From Pseudovirgaria hyperparasitica (Eukaryota), in the NCBI GenBank assembly GCA_010093815.1, contig ML996570.1: DNA of 64,000 nucleotides. One strand, 5' to 3'. The position numbers and the translations under genes are program-made. The notes under the pieces were generated by a model. The model had not been told where the DNA came from, made no database searches, and saw only the letters and a list, made by a program, of their open reading frames with translations. Below, piece by piece: positions 1 to 11,303 of the stretch (its first letter is position 1; every line of letters starts with the position of its first letter).

Positions 1-1813
1 CGTGGTCAGTTCCGGACATGGCCATTGCGAATGAACACGTACCTAACTTATGCCAAGGCTGGAGAACAGATATCCAGGCTGCGCGTGCGATGTACCAAGT
101 GTCAATTACCAATTCTCTTGGAAGATCAGATTATGGTCTCATTACTATAGCTACTCCCCAGAGATATGGGAATACCTGAAAGAGATCGAGCGAGAGAATA
201 ATTTTATCGAAAAGTACATCAAATTGCGACATAAAATTGAGCACGCTGCATGGGACAATGAAGCAGGACTATGGAGACTTCAGATCAGAGATCTGGAGGA
301 AAATAAAGTGTTCGGCGATACCGCTGAATTCTTCATCAATGCTGGCGGAGTGCTCAACAAGTGGAAATGGCCGGACGTGCCAGGATTACGCAACTTCAAA
401 GGCAGAATCATGCATTCTGCTAGGTATGAGGTAAACTATCCTTTGTCAGGCAAGAGAGTGGCAGTACTTGGAGCTGGAAGTAGTGGAGTTCAAATAGTAG
501 CCGCCATACAGGAAAAAGTTGACACTCTGTATCACTGGGTTCGCTCGCCTATCTGGATTACTGCAGGCTTCGCTCAGACATGGGCCGGAAGAGATGGAGC
601 TAACTTCAAATGTGAGTACATGTTGCAATAATTTCCTTGGTCGTTTTGCGGGATATTGCGAACTTCGACATACTTCGATGGGGGATATATGCCATGACTC
701 CACTTTCGCAAGACAGACGCAGCTCAAAAACTTGCTGACGTTTGGGTAGATTCTCCTGAACAAATAGAGTTCTTGAGAAACAATCCGAAGAAATACCATG
801 AGTATCGCAAACAAATCGAAAATGAGCTCAATCAGCGGTTCAAGTTCATCATTAAAGGCTCGGAAGATGCGAGGAAAGCCAGGGAATCTGCACATGAACA
901 AATGTCACGAAAGTTGAAGCACGACCCACGCCTGTGCGAAAGCATTATTCCAAAAAATTTCAATCCTGGATGTCGCCGGCCAACTCCTGCTCCGGGCTAC
1001 CTAGAATCGCTTTTAGCATCTAATGCCAAGGTCTTCACAACTTCGATCAGCAAGATTGATGAGGATGGTTTTGTTCAAGACGGCACCCATTACGACGCAG
1101 ATGTGATCATATGTGCCACAGGGTTCGATACGTCGTGGCTGCCGCACTTCACCTTCGTAGGCAAGGACAAATCCATACACGAACTGTGGTCTCCCGATGC
1201 CGGCGTAACGTCATATCTGTCCGTGGGCGTACCAACCTTCCCCAATTATCTTTCGTTCTGTGGTCCCTATGGCCCGCTCGGTCACGGCAGTTTCATGCCA
1301 TTGATCGAGGAATGGACCAGGTATATGTTCAAGATTATTACGAAGGCGCAAATCGAGAATATCAAATCCTTTACTCCTCGTATGGACGCTTCTTGCCAAT
1401 TCCGCCAACATGCAGACCTTTTTCTGAAGCGTACTGCGTGGACCTCGCCATGTCGCTCTTGGTTCAAACAAGGCAAGGCGGATGGCCAAGCTGGGATCTG
1501 GCCAGGCTCTCGACTGCATTTCCTACACATGATGAAGGATGTGCGCTATGAAGATTACGAGATTGATTACTGGGACGAGAACCGCTTCGCTTTCATGGGT
1601 AATGGGTTCGACACGCGAGAGTTCGACGGGCGCGATATCACAAATTACCTAGGGATTTTAAACGATGAGGGCAAGGACGTACAGCCGGAGTATGGCGAAG
1701 AACTGATGAAGACTCTGGCTGGTTGGGCAATCGATGAGAAGTACGAGGTTCGAGGCGTGGACAGAGAGGCCGGAGACACAAGAGACGGACAGCCTTGCGC
1801 TCCAGAGGAGTAG
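1..1813 (+). CDS. Baeyer-Villiger/flavin-containing monooxygenase (StcW/MoxY-like fungal group), 5'-partial
   Basis: Introns 5-57 (GTCAGT..CTAAC..AG) and 612-749 (GTGAGT..GCTGAC..TAG) join the track ORFs 50..631 and 773..1813. Motifs: WLENRYPGCACD, fingerprint FKGRIMHSARY, NADPH Rossmann VAVLGAGSSG, PGCRRPTPAPGYL, DVIICATGF, CRSWFK. The N-terminal FAD Rossmann exon lies upstream of the window. Confidence 0.9.
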
Positions 1814-3598
1814 GCTTGAAAATGCTTCGGACGGAGGGCGTCGTGCTCTTTCCACAACAAGAGCATCTGTCCCAGGTTTCTTCATGCGCCAAGTATTGTG
1901 TGTTTGGGAATATCTTCTTCCGCACTCCGTGGGGCTAATTGCTTGACTTGCGAATAGCTATGCAAGACTTGGTAAGTCCCTCAACCCAGGCAGTGCGAAC
2001 ATAGCATGAACGAACACGTATCTACAAAACCACCAATGTAAGACTCAACTACACAACACGATATCAAGCAAGATCTCGGCAATTGTCACAGTGTGTTCGA
2101 CTTCCTATAGCATTTAGGTTCTGTTTTGTTGACATTTCACCAAATACCCAGGGCCTCTCACACGGTGCATTTCTATCATTGTCTCGCAAGTATCGGAGCT
2201 CATCAGTCAGACCCTTGATTCACGAGTCGACAATAACATTGGTGCCTGGCAGGTACTGTAATCCAGCACTTTGCGTGAATTCGTAAGTTCTAGGTATGCA
2301 GGTAATTACATCGCGATGGTTCCAATTAGTCGTTAAAAGATATCCAGTTATTAGATATATCCATACTTAGCTAGACTAGGATTGCTCCTTGCATGACCCG
2401 CTCAGCGTGGCTGCCATGGATCCATGCAGCCCGGCTCGGAGATATCATAGAAAGTACTGTAGTGTCTGCTGGGGTATCGGTGTATTTTTACTTTTTCCCG
2501 TAATCCGTCTTGGCCGTGCTCTGAAGCTGCGGTGTGGCATGGTACCTCGTGTGGACCTATGATATGCAAGGCCTCTAGTGCGGTCTAGTCATATCTGGGA
2601 TCTGATGTAGTAGTTCTGCCGAGAAAGCGCAGTGATTAATATACATTACGTAGATAGTCCTAGCATCCAGCCAGGATGACGAGACTGCGCAAGGCTCGAG
2701 ACGGTCTGCAGATATAAGTATAGTACACAGCATGTCGCGGTAGTTCTAGTGTGCTCCAGCAAACACGATATGTACGCAGCACAAGATAGGAAATATGACC
2801 GCCGAAAAGCGCCGATAGATAGACCGAACATGCTATTCTAGAGTGGAACTACGCAAATGTTGCATCTGCATAGTCCACTCTGCAAGGCTGAACCGTTGAC
2901 CAAGCTCGTAAGCGATGAAGAGCCAACAACATCGCTCAACCTCCTTTCCAGGGCCTGGAAGGGGAGTGGGTGCGGCATCATCACAAGTCAACATGCATAT
3001 CTGGAAGTGCTGCGTCTCGGCTCCGGGGGACTGAGAGAACCGTGTCTCCGCGTTACCTCACTGCGTGTTCGAAGCAAAGACTGCATTGGCTGATGTTTGG
3101 CATGGTGGATGATATTGATAGGGCATCTCATGCGCTGCCACACGTCGGACTGACATCGGCTGCATCCATCGCATTGAATCTCTCAATCTCAGAACGGTAT
3201 CATGGCCACGAAGCCGTTGCAATCCGTTCCGCCCTCCCCATCACAATATCGAATGCCGAATTACCATCTCTGGCGCTTCACTTTGTTTCCTATATGGCCA
3301 TGGCCATGCCCAACAATCAACCTTCGCCGCCATCGTCTGCGGCGTCGTGCTGTGCCACTTCCAGGCTTCAGCTCATCCCACAAACGCACCGCATACCTGT
3401 TTGTCCACGACTCAGTAACCTGCCCGAGCAACCTTATATAGCCCCGGCTGGATCTCGATTAGCTCGACCACCACGCGACTTTCACATATGCTGTAACCTC
3501 GATCTGCTGTATGCCAGTTGAGAAATAAAGTCTTTGCCCGTACGTTGCTATAGGGTTTAGATAGCCTTACCGCACTCGACCCATCATCATCATCGACA

Positions 3599-5095
3599 AT
3601 GATCAGTGCGTTTGTCCTTCTGCTCTGTTCACTCTCTGCTTTCATCTCTTACCAGACATGGCACATACTCGTGCGCCGGCATAAGTCTTATCAGGACGGC
3701 TGTGAACCGCCGACACGCCTTCCTGGAATTGACCCAATCTTTGGCTTGGACTTCTTCTTCGAATCACTCAGACTGCAGAGATCTGACAGAATACTGGCAA
3801 CCATCAATTCTCGCTTTCAGAAATATGGGCGGACATACGAGCTACGAGCTCTTGGCTCTCCAGTCATTTTCACTATCGAGCCCGAAAATGCCAGGGCTGT
3901 CTTCTCTACAAATGAAAACCACTGGGGAGTGGCGCCCCTGAGAGCCAGTGCTATGACATTCCTGGGTCGTGGTATTATCACGGTCGATGGAGACGAGTGG
4001 AAGAGAGCCCGGAATCTAGTCAAGCCCAACTTCACCAAGTCAAATGTCATGAACTTCGCCCCGATAGAGTCTCGTTTGACCGAATTGTTCGAAAACATCC
4101 AAAGTGGCCAGCAAATTGACTTGCAATCTTCTTTCCTGCGGCTCTATATGGATTTCGGCGCCGAATGGGTCTTTGACGAGACGTTTTCGCACGCAGACAT
4201 GAAAGTGTTCGAGGCCGACTTCGACAACTGTCTATCAGGGTCAGGATTACGCCTCGCATTGGGCCCTTTTGCATTCCTCGTCCCAAAGACCAACTGGCTG
4301 AAAAGTAGAGACGTTGTACGGTCTCTTGCAAACAAATACATCGAGCAAGCTCTCTGTTCCATCTCTCCGGAGAAGTCACAGACACAGGGCCGTCTCTCAT
4401 TTCCGCGCTACCTCGCCGACAAAGCCATCAGCCGACCCGAAGCAATCGACCAGGTCCTCAACCTCTCAATCGCAAACATGGCCACCACAGCCATCCACCT
4501 CAGCAACTGCCTCTTCATCCTCTCCCGCAGACCAGACATCTGGCAGCTCCTCCAGGCCGAAGTCGCCGCCCTGCCCAACTTCACCTTCGACTCCCTGCGC
4601 ACCCTCAAAGCAATGCGAAATCTCCTCCTCGAAGCCCTCCGCTTATACCCCATCTTCCCCAATCTCTCCCGCGTCGCCCTGTGCGACACCACCCTACCCA
4701 CCGGCGGCGGGCCCCTCGGCACATCCCCCATTTTCGTCCCAGCCGGCACAAAGATCGTGCCCTCGCAAATGTCCATGGGTCGCGACGAGCGCATCTGGGG
4801 TCCCGACGCCGCCCAAGTCCGCCTGGATCGCTGGGACGAGGGCGACCTGGAGCGTCGCGCGTGGCACTTTATGCCCTTCGGCTACGGCACGCGCGCGTGT
4901 CTGGGCCAGCAGAAGTCGAATATGGAGGTGTCGTATATCCTTGCGCGGATGGTGACAAGGTTTGAACGGATAGAGAGTAGAGATGCGCGAGAGTGGGTGG
5001 GCCGGATGCGGGTGACGACGCGGAATGCGAACGGCTGCTTGGTGGCGCTGTATAAAAAGGAGGGCGTGGGAGATGCGGCCGTGGCGGATGCGTGA
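3599..5095 (+). CDS. Cytochrome P450, CYP52 clan (alkane/fatty-acid hydroxylase-like), intronless
   Basis: 498 aa ORF with an N-terminal hydrophobic anchor, ExxR (EALRLYP), the CYP52-clan insert LPTGGGPLGTSPIFVPAGT and heme loop FMPFGYGTRACLG. The I-helix is atypical (ANMATT). Confidence 0.92.
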   Translation: MISAFVLLLCSLSAFISYQTWHILVRRHKSYQDGCEPPTRLPGIDPIFGLDFFFESLRLQRSDRILATINSRFQKYGRTYELRALGSPVIFTIEPENARAVFSTNENHWGVAPLRASAMTFLGRGIITVDGDEWKRARNLVKPNFTKSNVMNFAPIESRLTELFENIQSGQQIDLQSSFLRLYMDFGAEWVFDETFSHADMKVFEADFDNCLSGSGLRLALGPFAFLVPKTNWLKSRDVVRSLANKYIEQALCSISPEKSQTQGRLSFPRYLADKAISRPEAIDQVLNLSIANMATTAIHLSNCLFILSRRPDIWQLLQAEVAALPNFTFDSLRTLKAMRNLLLEALRLYPIFPNLSRVALCDTTLPTGGGPLGTSPIFVPAGTKIVPSQMSMGRDERIWGPDAAQVRLDRWDEGDLERRAWHFMPFGYGTRACLGQQKSNMEVSYILARMVTRFERIESRDAREWVGRMRVTTRNANGCLVALYKKEGVGDAAVADA

Positions 5096-5701
5096 TGTTT
5101 GATTGTGCACGTTCGGGGGGAGAGTCAGGGGCAGCTAGGCACAACACCCTGTTGTAGTCGATATGATTTTTGTCAGATATCTCCATTTCAATGAATGACG
5201 TTAACGTAATTGCGTTCCATTTACACTCCTGCCGAACTAACAGATACTTTAACCCGTTGCTATGTCGGGAACACTCCCTTCCATGTCCAGGATATATGCT
5301 CGTTCTCGCTCAAATCGATCGAGTAAACGCCTTGACATCACCATCATCATAATCTCACACAAGGCGCTAATCACACCAGCAAGCCTATATAGCACTCGTG
5401 TCTAATCCCGCCTCCAACGCTCAGTTTCAAGGCCATCTCATCTCTTCTGATACACTCCTGATATTTCCAGCCAGACCCCTCTCCCTGTTTTCTCTATGAG
5501 AACACAAACCACCTCGTTTTCCCTGGTCCCTGTTCCTCGATCCTTCAACATATTGACTATATAAAGCACTCCGACCTCTACCTTCGTAGCATAGTAGGGT
5601 ACTAACTTTGTTGTTCACTGACCAAGCATAGTATAAGAATTGGTGCTACCTCTGTTATACCCAAGACTCCGACAGCTAGATAGATAGACAGATAAAGCGA
5701 T

Positions 5702-5845
5702 AGACAGATAAGTAGAGAGACAGATAAGTAGAGAGACAGATAAGTAGAGAGACAGATAAGTAGAGAGACAGATAAGTAGAGAGACAGATAAGTAGACAGA
5801 TAAGTAGACATATAAATAGACAGATAACTATGCAGACAGATAAGT
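5702..5845. repeat. Minisatellite of AGACAGATAAGTAGAG (16 nt) decaying into 12-nt AGACAGATAAGT units
   Basis: Five perfect 16-mers start at 5702, 5718, 5734, 5750 and 5766, followed by 12-mer variants to ~5845. Confidence 0.95.
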
Positions 5846-6006
5846 AAAATTGTCGCGGTACATATACATACATAGATACATACTTATAGTATCCAGTACT
5901 AATCTATACGTACTGGAAAAGCCCAAAATGAGGACTACACGTGGTTCTTTGAAATTGACCTACCCGGAGATACTATACCGCTATAGCAGTATGTTAGAAT
6001 ATATAG

Positions 6007-6069
6007 GTTAGTAGAGTTAGTAGAGTTAGTAGAGTTAGTAGAGTTAGTAGAGTTAGTAGAGCTGGTAGA
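6007..6069. repeat. 9-nt tandem repeat (GTTAGTAGA)x6 plus one GCTGGTAGA variant
   Basis: Six identical units at 6007-6060 and a variant unit at 6061-6069. Confidence 0.95.
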
Positions 6070-9000
6070 GCTGCGGTCTTAATGTATGTGCTGTATCATT
6101 ACAAAGTAGTTATGGCTTATTTATGAATATGATACGATCTTTGCATTAGGGTTCCTTCGTATACTATACTGTTATACTATAGCCATGGCTATGTTATTAT
6201 AGATAGCCTGTTCACCCAATGTAGTATAGTAGGAAGGGGGAAGTGGACCAGAAACAGACAAACCGAAACCAAGCAGAGATACGAACACATCCACAAGACA
6301 ACACGATTACTGATGTATCCGAACCGCACTTCCTTCTTCAGAGCAGTGCTGCCGGCCAATATACAAGGGCTGAGTGGACTGCTAGGTTCTGGGTTCTAGG
6401 TTCCTATCTCAATATCAATATCATAACATACCCTGAACTATAGGTCCTGCCAAGTTCTACATACCTGTCTTCTTCTATGTACCTACTACCCACACGACAA
6501 CGACGACGATCGCGGGCGCCGACACAGACACAGCCCGCTGCAAGTATCGTGATACATTACATAAATCGTGTCATGCTCTAGCATATATGCTAAAGAGCCA
6601 GGGCCCCTTAGTATCGTTTTGATATCGTGCTGATATCGATCTGCTACGACTATACCAACCACCGTAGTATTCTCGCCGCGGAAACGCGTGATGAAACCCA
6701 CAAATTATGAACTCGATTCGTATAGTGCAGAAACACTGGGGCCGAGGACAGAGTATGCGATATGCTGTGCGCGCTACGAGTCAGAGACATACCGTTGCGC
6801 GTTGCTTTTCTGCTTCTTCGCTGCGCGGTGGACTGCTGTGTCTATGACAATCGACGATCTCTATCTGAAATTTGAGCTATGCGGTCAGCTCAAGTCGGCT
6901 CGAGATGTAGGCTGTTAAGTTGTGTGCTGGGGGGCATGTAGGAGGTATATGCCGGCTAATAAAAGCGTTTACGTATGCGAGACGCGAGATACAGAACTGT
7001 TGAGAAGGTGTTCTGCGAGGAATGAGTGCGTCGACAGGGATGGTAGGGATGCTGATTATGTGGGCATGTGTATGCGTGATTGTGTGAATATACGTGTATG
7101 TGCGACTCGGGGTCGTAGCAGAGATGTGGGGAAAGCAGTCGACGCAGAGATCTCATAGCGGGCGGCATGATCTGAATCAGATCTGACCAGATCAGATCGG
7201 CAGCGACAGATGCTAATTTGGCTGCAACGATGGGTGGATGTGCGGATCGCACAGCAGGTGTTCGGGTACGCTCCATGTGCTGCGCCCCCCTCCCTCCACG
7301 ATCTCAGGACCCTGCATCTGTAACGACCGCATCGAATGTGCACATGTGTGGTTGGGTTTAGCACGTATAGTACCAGGTTCTTTGTCTGTGGTTTTGTGAG
7401 GTGGCGCATGTGTGGTTCCATGGCTGCCTGTGATGATGGATGGAGCCAACGCGAGGTGCGGAGATGCTAGGATACTGCTGGATTGAGAAAGGCTTTCTAT
7501 CAAAGAGCCAGGGGTCCTAAGGGGGTAATGCTGGGCTGGGAGTCAATAGTGCAGGACGTGACGATTGTGTATCGTCGTAATCAAACCTAGGTCTTTGATA
7601 CACAGAAATATGAGGTGTTTCATCGAGACCTTGCGTATGGGAGCCCGAGCGGATGGCCATCGCAACTGAAGTGTCGAGAGGTCTACGTAAAGGGAGCATT
7701 GGCATTATGGATTTACAGTTGAGTTTTCCTGCTTGCAAATGATATATACATATACCGTGCTGAACTGGGTGCGAAGATGTGAGAGAAATACGTGGATCAG
7801 CAGCGGGTGCTGACATCCTTTGTGTGGATGCCTAGCAGGAGTTCAATGAAAGAGCCCTGGTGCTATAAAAGCACATTGTACGACATTATTGAAGACCATC
7901 CCAAACGAATGGTTCGCGGCATTTGATCCAATTGGTAGAGCACGAGAGCCATGTGGTAAGTTGAGCAAGGCCCGTATTCATACAACTCATCTGGTGCACA
8001 TAAACCAGATGCATCGGTTCCGAATCCTCGGGAGCCTGTACCAAGGATAAAAAAAACCAGAGACCCGGGCTGTGGTACAGAGGGACTCTGTTTCTGGAAT
8101 AAGAGACGTACACAGTGTGGTGATCGGCGTCGAGTTGTGTACATAGACCGTCGTGGATCGGACAAAGCTACGTGTGTAAACTGGCTACACGATCTATATT
8201 TGGCAATAATAGATCGGCTACAAGTCTTACAGATTACCGCCCTGGATCCAATTTGAGCGGCAGAAAGCGTCGACGCCGAATGCGTGTTCGAAGACTTATA
8301 GAACGTGAGAAAGTGAGCCGAAAGCAGTGTCCAGATCCCATCCGGGGGCATATGCAGTAATCGATGGAAATGGACATTCGATGTAGTGAAGCTATATCTG
8401 ACGCGGGGTACGGATGGAATTCACAAAAGTGCTCTGACAACGTTTCGCTGATGAGCAGCTGCCCCAGTAGGTGTGGATTGCTTGTCTTAGAAGAGAATTC
8501 AGAATCCAAGTACTTGCGTGTTCTTGTGCCACAACGCCAGCTGTGCTGGTTGGGTTTTAGGGACAGAATGATGCGGACTTGTAGCCGTGACAAATAGGAT
8601 TTATCCCACGCTACAATATGGAGTTCATTAACAAATGGGCTACGTCTGATGTTTAGTAACACGACCATGAATACAATTTGGTCTTGGGTGTCGACCGCTC
8701 CACGTATCTGGCGAGCTGCCTAACTCCTAGGATTGACTCAGTATTCTAATCCATGTAGCCGACTAATGTGGCTGCTGAGTATTGACTGACAAGGCAGATT
8801 GTCGCATAGGCGTTCTCATTGAAACACCCGATATCTGTCTGAGGGAAAGCGTACTGGCTTGGTATTATCCCTGACCCATATTCATGGATAGACCCTTTCG
8901 AGAACTGATATTGGAAATGGTTGCAGGTGGACGCCACTGGAAGAGCGCAATTTTGTCCAAGGTAGAGCATCAGGCTTGCAATTTGTTATTACTTCTTCGG

Positions 9001-10143
9001 ATCAAGATGCTCCTGCCGAGACTTGAACACATATAAGAAAGAAGAAATCCACATTGCTGGTAGAGGGCCGCCAGTGTGAAAAAAATTTACTTCCGCTCCT
9101 TCTTATCACTACTTCTTGCTGGAAGAATCAGATTATTTTGTATCCGTGCCGTCCACAATCTCAATCGTTCTTACGCCATACTTTCGATTAACATTGTTCT
9201 GTACGATCGATACGACGTAAGAATAGCCTTCTGCACCTTTCCGTGCCAAAGTTGTACATAAGTCATGCTGATCGATGCACAGATTTAATTTTGCCGTACA
9301 GTTTCAAGGGTGCTACTGCCTCTCAAACATCCGACAGAAGGTTTCCTGCGGTGGTCCAGTCCAGGATCAAGCGTTCAGCGTGCGTTTGCGGCAGCGAGGT
9401 AAGCTGATAAGATCCCATTGCATGTCGAGTCTGTTTCGACCCCTGGCATCTCATGGATCTAAGAACGACTCGTTCTGAGCGCCTGGTACTGTACGCGTCC
9501 TGTGTCACGTTGGGTCGTTGGTCCGCGCATACCTGCAGGTAGCTGAATTAAGCAACCTGAGCGTATTTAGGATGAGCGACAAATGCATCACAACGTATGA
9601 TACGTTTACACCTTTGATCGCGAAGATGCACAAATCGTCGGAGCCGCGCAGGACTATTATCACCAAGGCTATCCTCGTTAGATAGTATGTCGCGAAAGCC
9701 AGCCTGAAAACGACGTGCTTTCGAGGATTTTGTCATTGACCACGGTAATGCTCCAGCCCAGATAGTAACCCCTGGACGGATGCTCGTTCGAAAATTATGA
9801 GTCGCTCTCCATTCTTGCGCATGCCCAACAAGCGAACATTGCTAGAAAGACCATACAGATGACAATCGACAGTACGCGAAGGATCGGAACGAGAGGACTT
9901 CCTGCATATGATGATGACATCGGTATCCCAGTCGAACTGGAGGGCTCGAGTGCCCGGGGTAATTATCTCTGAAGATGGATTCCTCGCTCGCGAATCTGGA
10001 GTCCCTCGGATTTCCATGCGCCTTTTAAGTCGTATTGTATCCAGTCGTGGTTTCTATCTCCTGTCGCTGATACCTGTCTTTCATATTACCTACAGTCTCG
10101 TTGAGAACACATACTAAGGATGATCAACAGTTGAGTGCGTTGT

Positions 10144-10914
10144 ATGCCACGAATAAGAACCGTAAGGATAGCCCTCAAGATCATAAACAGACAAAAGAAC
10201 GACAATTCCAAGCATTATCGACCCTCATCGACCGAGCGTGACAGAGTTATTCGACGCTCTGCTCGTATTGCTGCTCGACGCGAGCTCGACAAGAAGACGG
10301 CGATGACGGACATTGTTCGACACAGCTCGCATCTATACGCAGATTTGGTTGGTGAGAGAACAATGCACGGATCAAGGCACGGAAGAACAAATCATGGCCG
10401 TCAGACCGTCGGACACCATCATGATGCTAGTCGTCGAGGACCAAAAAGTCCCGGCGAAGCGATTGGATATGAGATGGATGTAATAGTCCAGCCTCCTGCG
10501 AGAGCTCGCGTTGGAGCTCTACTTCAACCTGCAGTGACAGTGCGCCTTCGCCCTACCCCAAACAGAGGCATAGAAGCCGCCGACATTACTGAGGCAAGCC
10601 AGCTTCTCGTTATGGTCTCGTTGATGAAGGACGAGTATCCGGTCTCATCTGAGCGTTTGCAGCATCTGTTCTTCGGACGGAGAGTTGACTCAATCCGACC
10701 ATTCAGCGGCGGTGACGAGAGTGCACAGAACAGAGACTACGGCTTGGGATACGCCTCGTTCTCTGATCTCATCATCAACGAGGAGGGAACGTACCGCCTT
10801 CGACTCACGCTCATCAAGATGCATGGGGGCCTAGGGCAACCTGGGATGAGTAATGGAGGAACTGCGGTCGGCATGGTCGATAGCAACACTATAAAGGTCA
10901 GGGCTTCACCTTGA
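10144..10914 (+). CDS. Small divergent velvet-domain-like protein (start uncertain: ATG at 10144, 10303 or 10363)
   Basis: The C-terminal ~145 aa carry velvet-fold landmarks: YEMDVIVQPP..RAR..G, LQPAVTVRL, YASFSDLIINEEGTYRLRLTL (cf. FxDLSVRxEGxFRLxFxL) and VDSNTIKV (cf. xSxxFxV). Confidence 0.7.
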   Translation: MPRIRTVRIALKIINRQKNDNSKHYRPSSTERDRVIRRSARIAARRELDKKTAMTDIVRHSSHLYADLVGERTMHGSRHGRTNHGRQTVGHHHDASRRGPKSPGEAIGYEMDVIVQPPARARVGALLQPAVTVRLRPTPNRGIEAADITEASQLLVMVSLMKDEYPVSSERLQHLFFGRRVDSIRPFSGGDESAQNRDYGLGYASFSDLIINEEGTYRLRLTLIKMHGGLGQPGMSNGGTAVGMVDSNTIKVRASP

Positions 10915-11303
10915 TAATTCGATTGAGGCGGCAAGTCTTCATCGCTTGTACCCCGGGCAGGCCATCTTTGTATGCACTGTTTTGCGATCATCATTGGGTC
11001 CAGCTAATTTCCGGGAGCTGAGCTGTATTGTAAGCTAGTTGCTATTTTTGACCAATACATTCCCCGTATTGTTCTGTGGTGTTGCGATAGTGTTCGTGTC
11101 CAAAGACCCTGTCTATCTGGCGCCATGTCATACAGTCAAGTGGCAAAATTTCGCTGCGCTCGTATCTGAATCATACCATAAAATGAAAGTTTGAAAATAT
11201 TAGAATTATTATTATAGAGTGACGAGCCGACTTGATGAGGACAATGATGACCCGTCCGTCCAGCCGTAGTCACGGGGTATAGAGAGCGAGAAAATACGAC
11301 TTG

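Noticed and set aside
2410..2430. Short palindrome CATGGATCCATG (similar ones near 47811-47835)
   Set aside because: Palindromes of about 12 bp are expected several times by chance in 64 kb, and there is no other support.
4314..5186. Long alternative-frame and antisense ORFs overlapping the P450 (likewise in GH3, HAD and MDM34)
   Set aside because: These are shadow ORFs expected from GC-rich codon usage, and the products are low-complexity.
5602..5873. Track ORFs with STYLSLYL/LLICL repeats as peptide precursors
   Set aside because: They are translations of the minisatellite, with no signal peptide or Kex2 sites.
5676..6069. CRISPR array or telomeric repeat
   Set aside because: The units are contiguous with no spacers, are not TTAGGG-like, and the context is a eukaryotic internal region.
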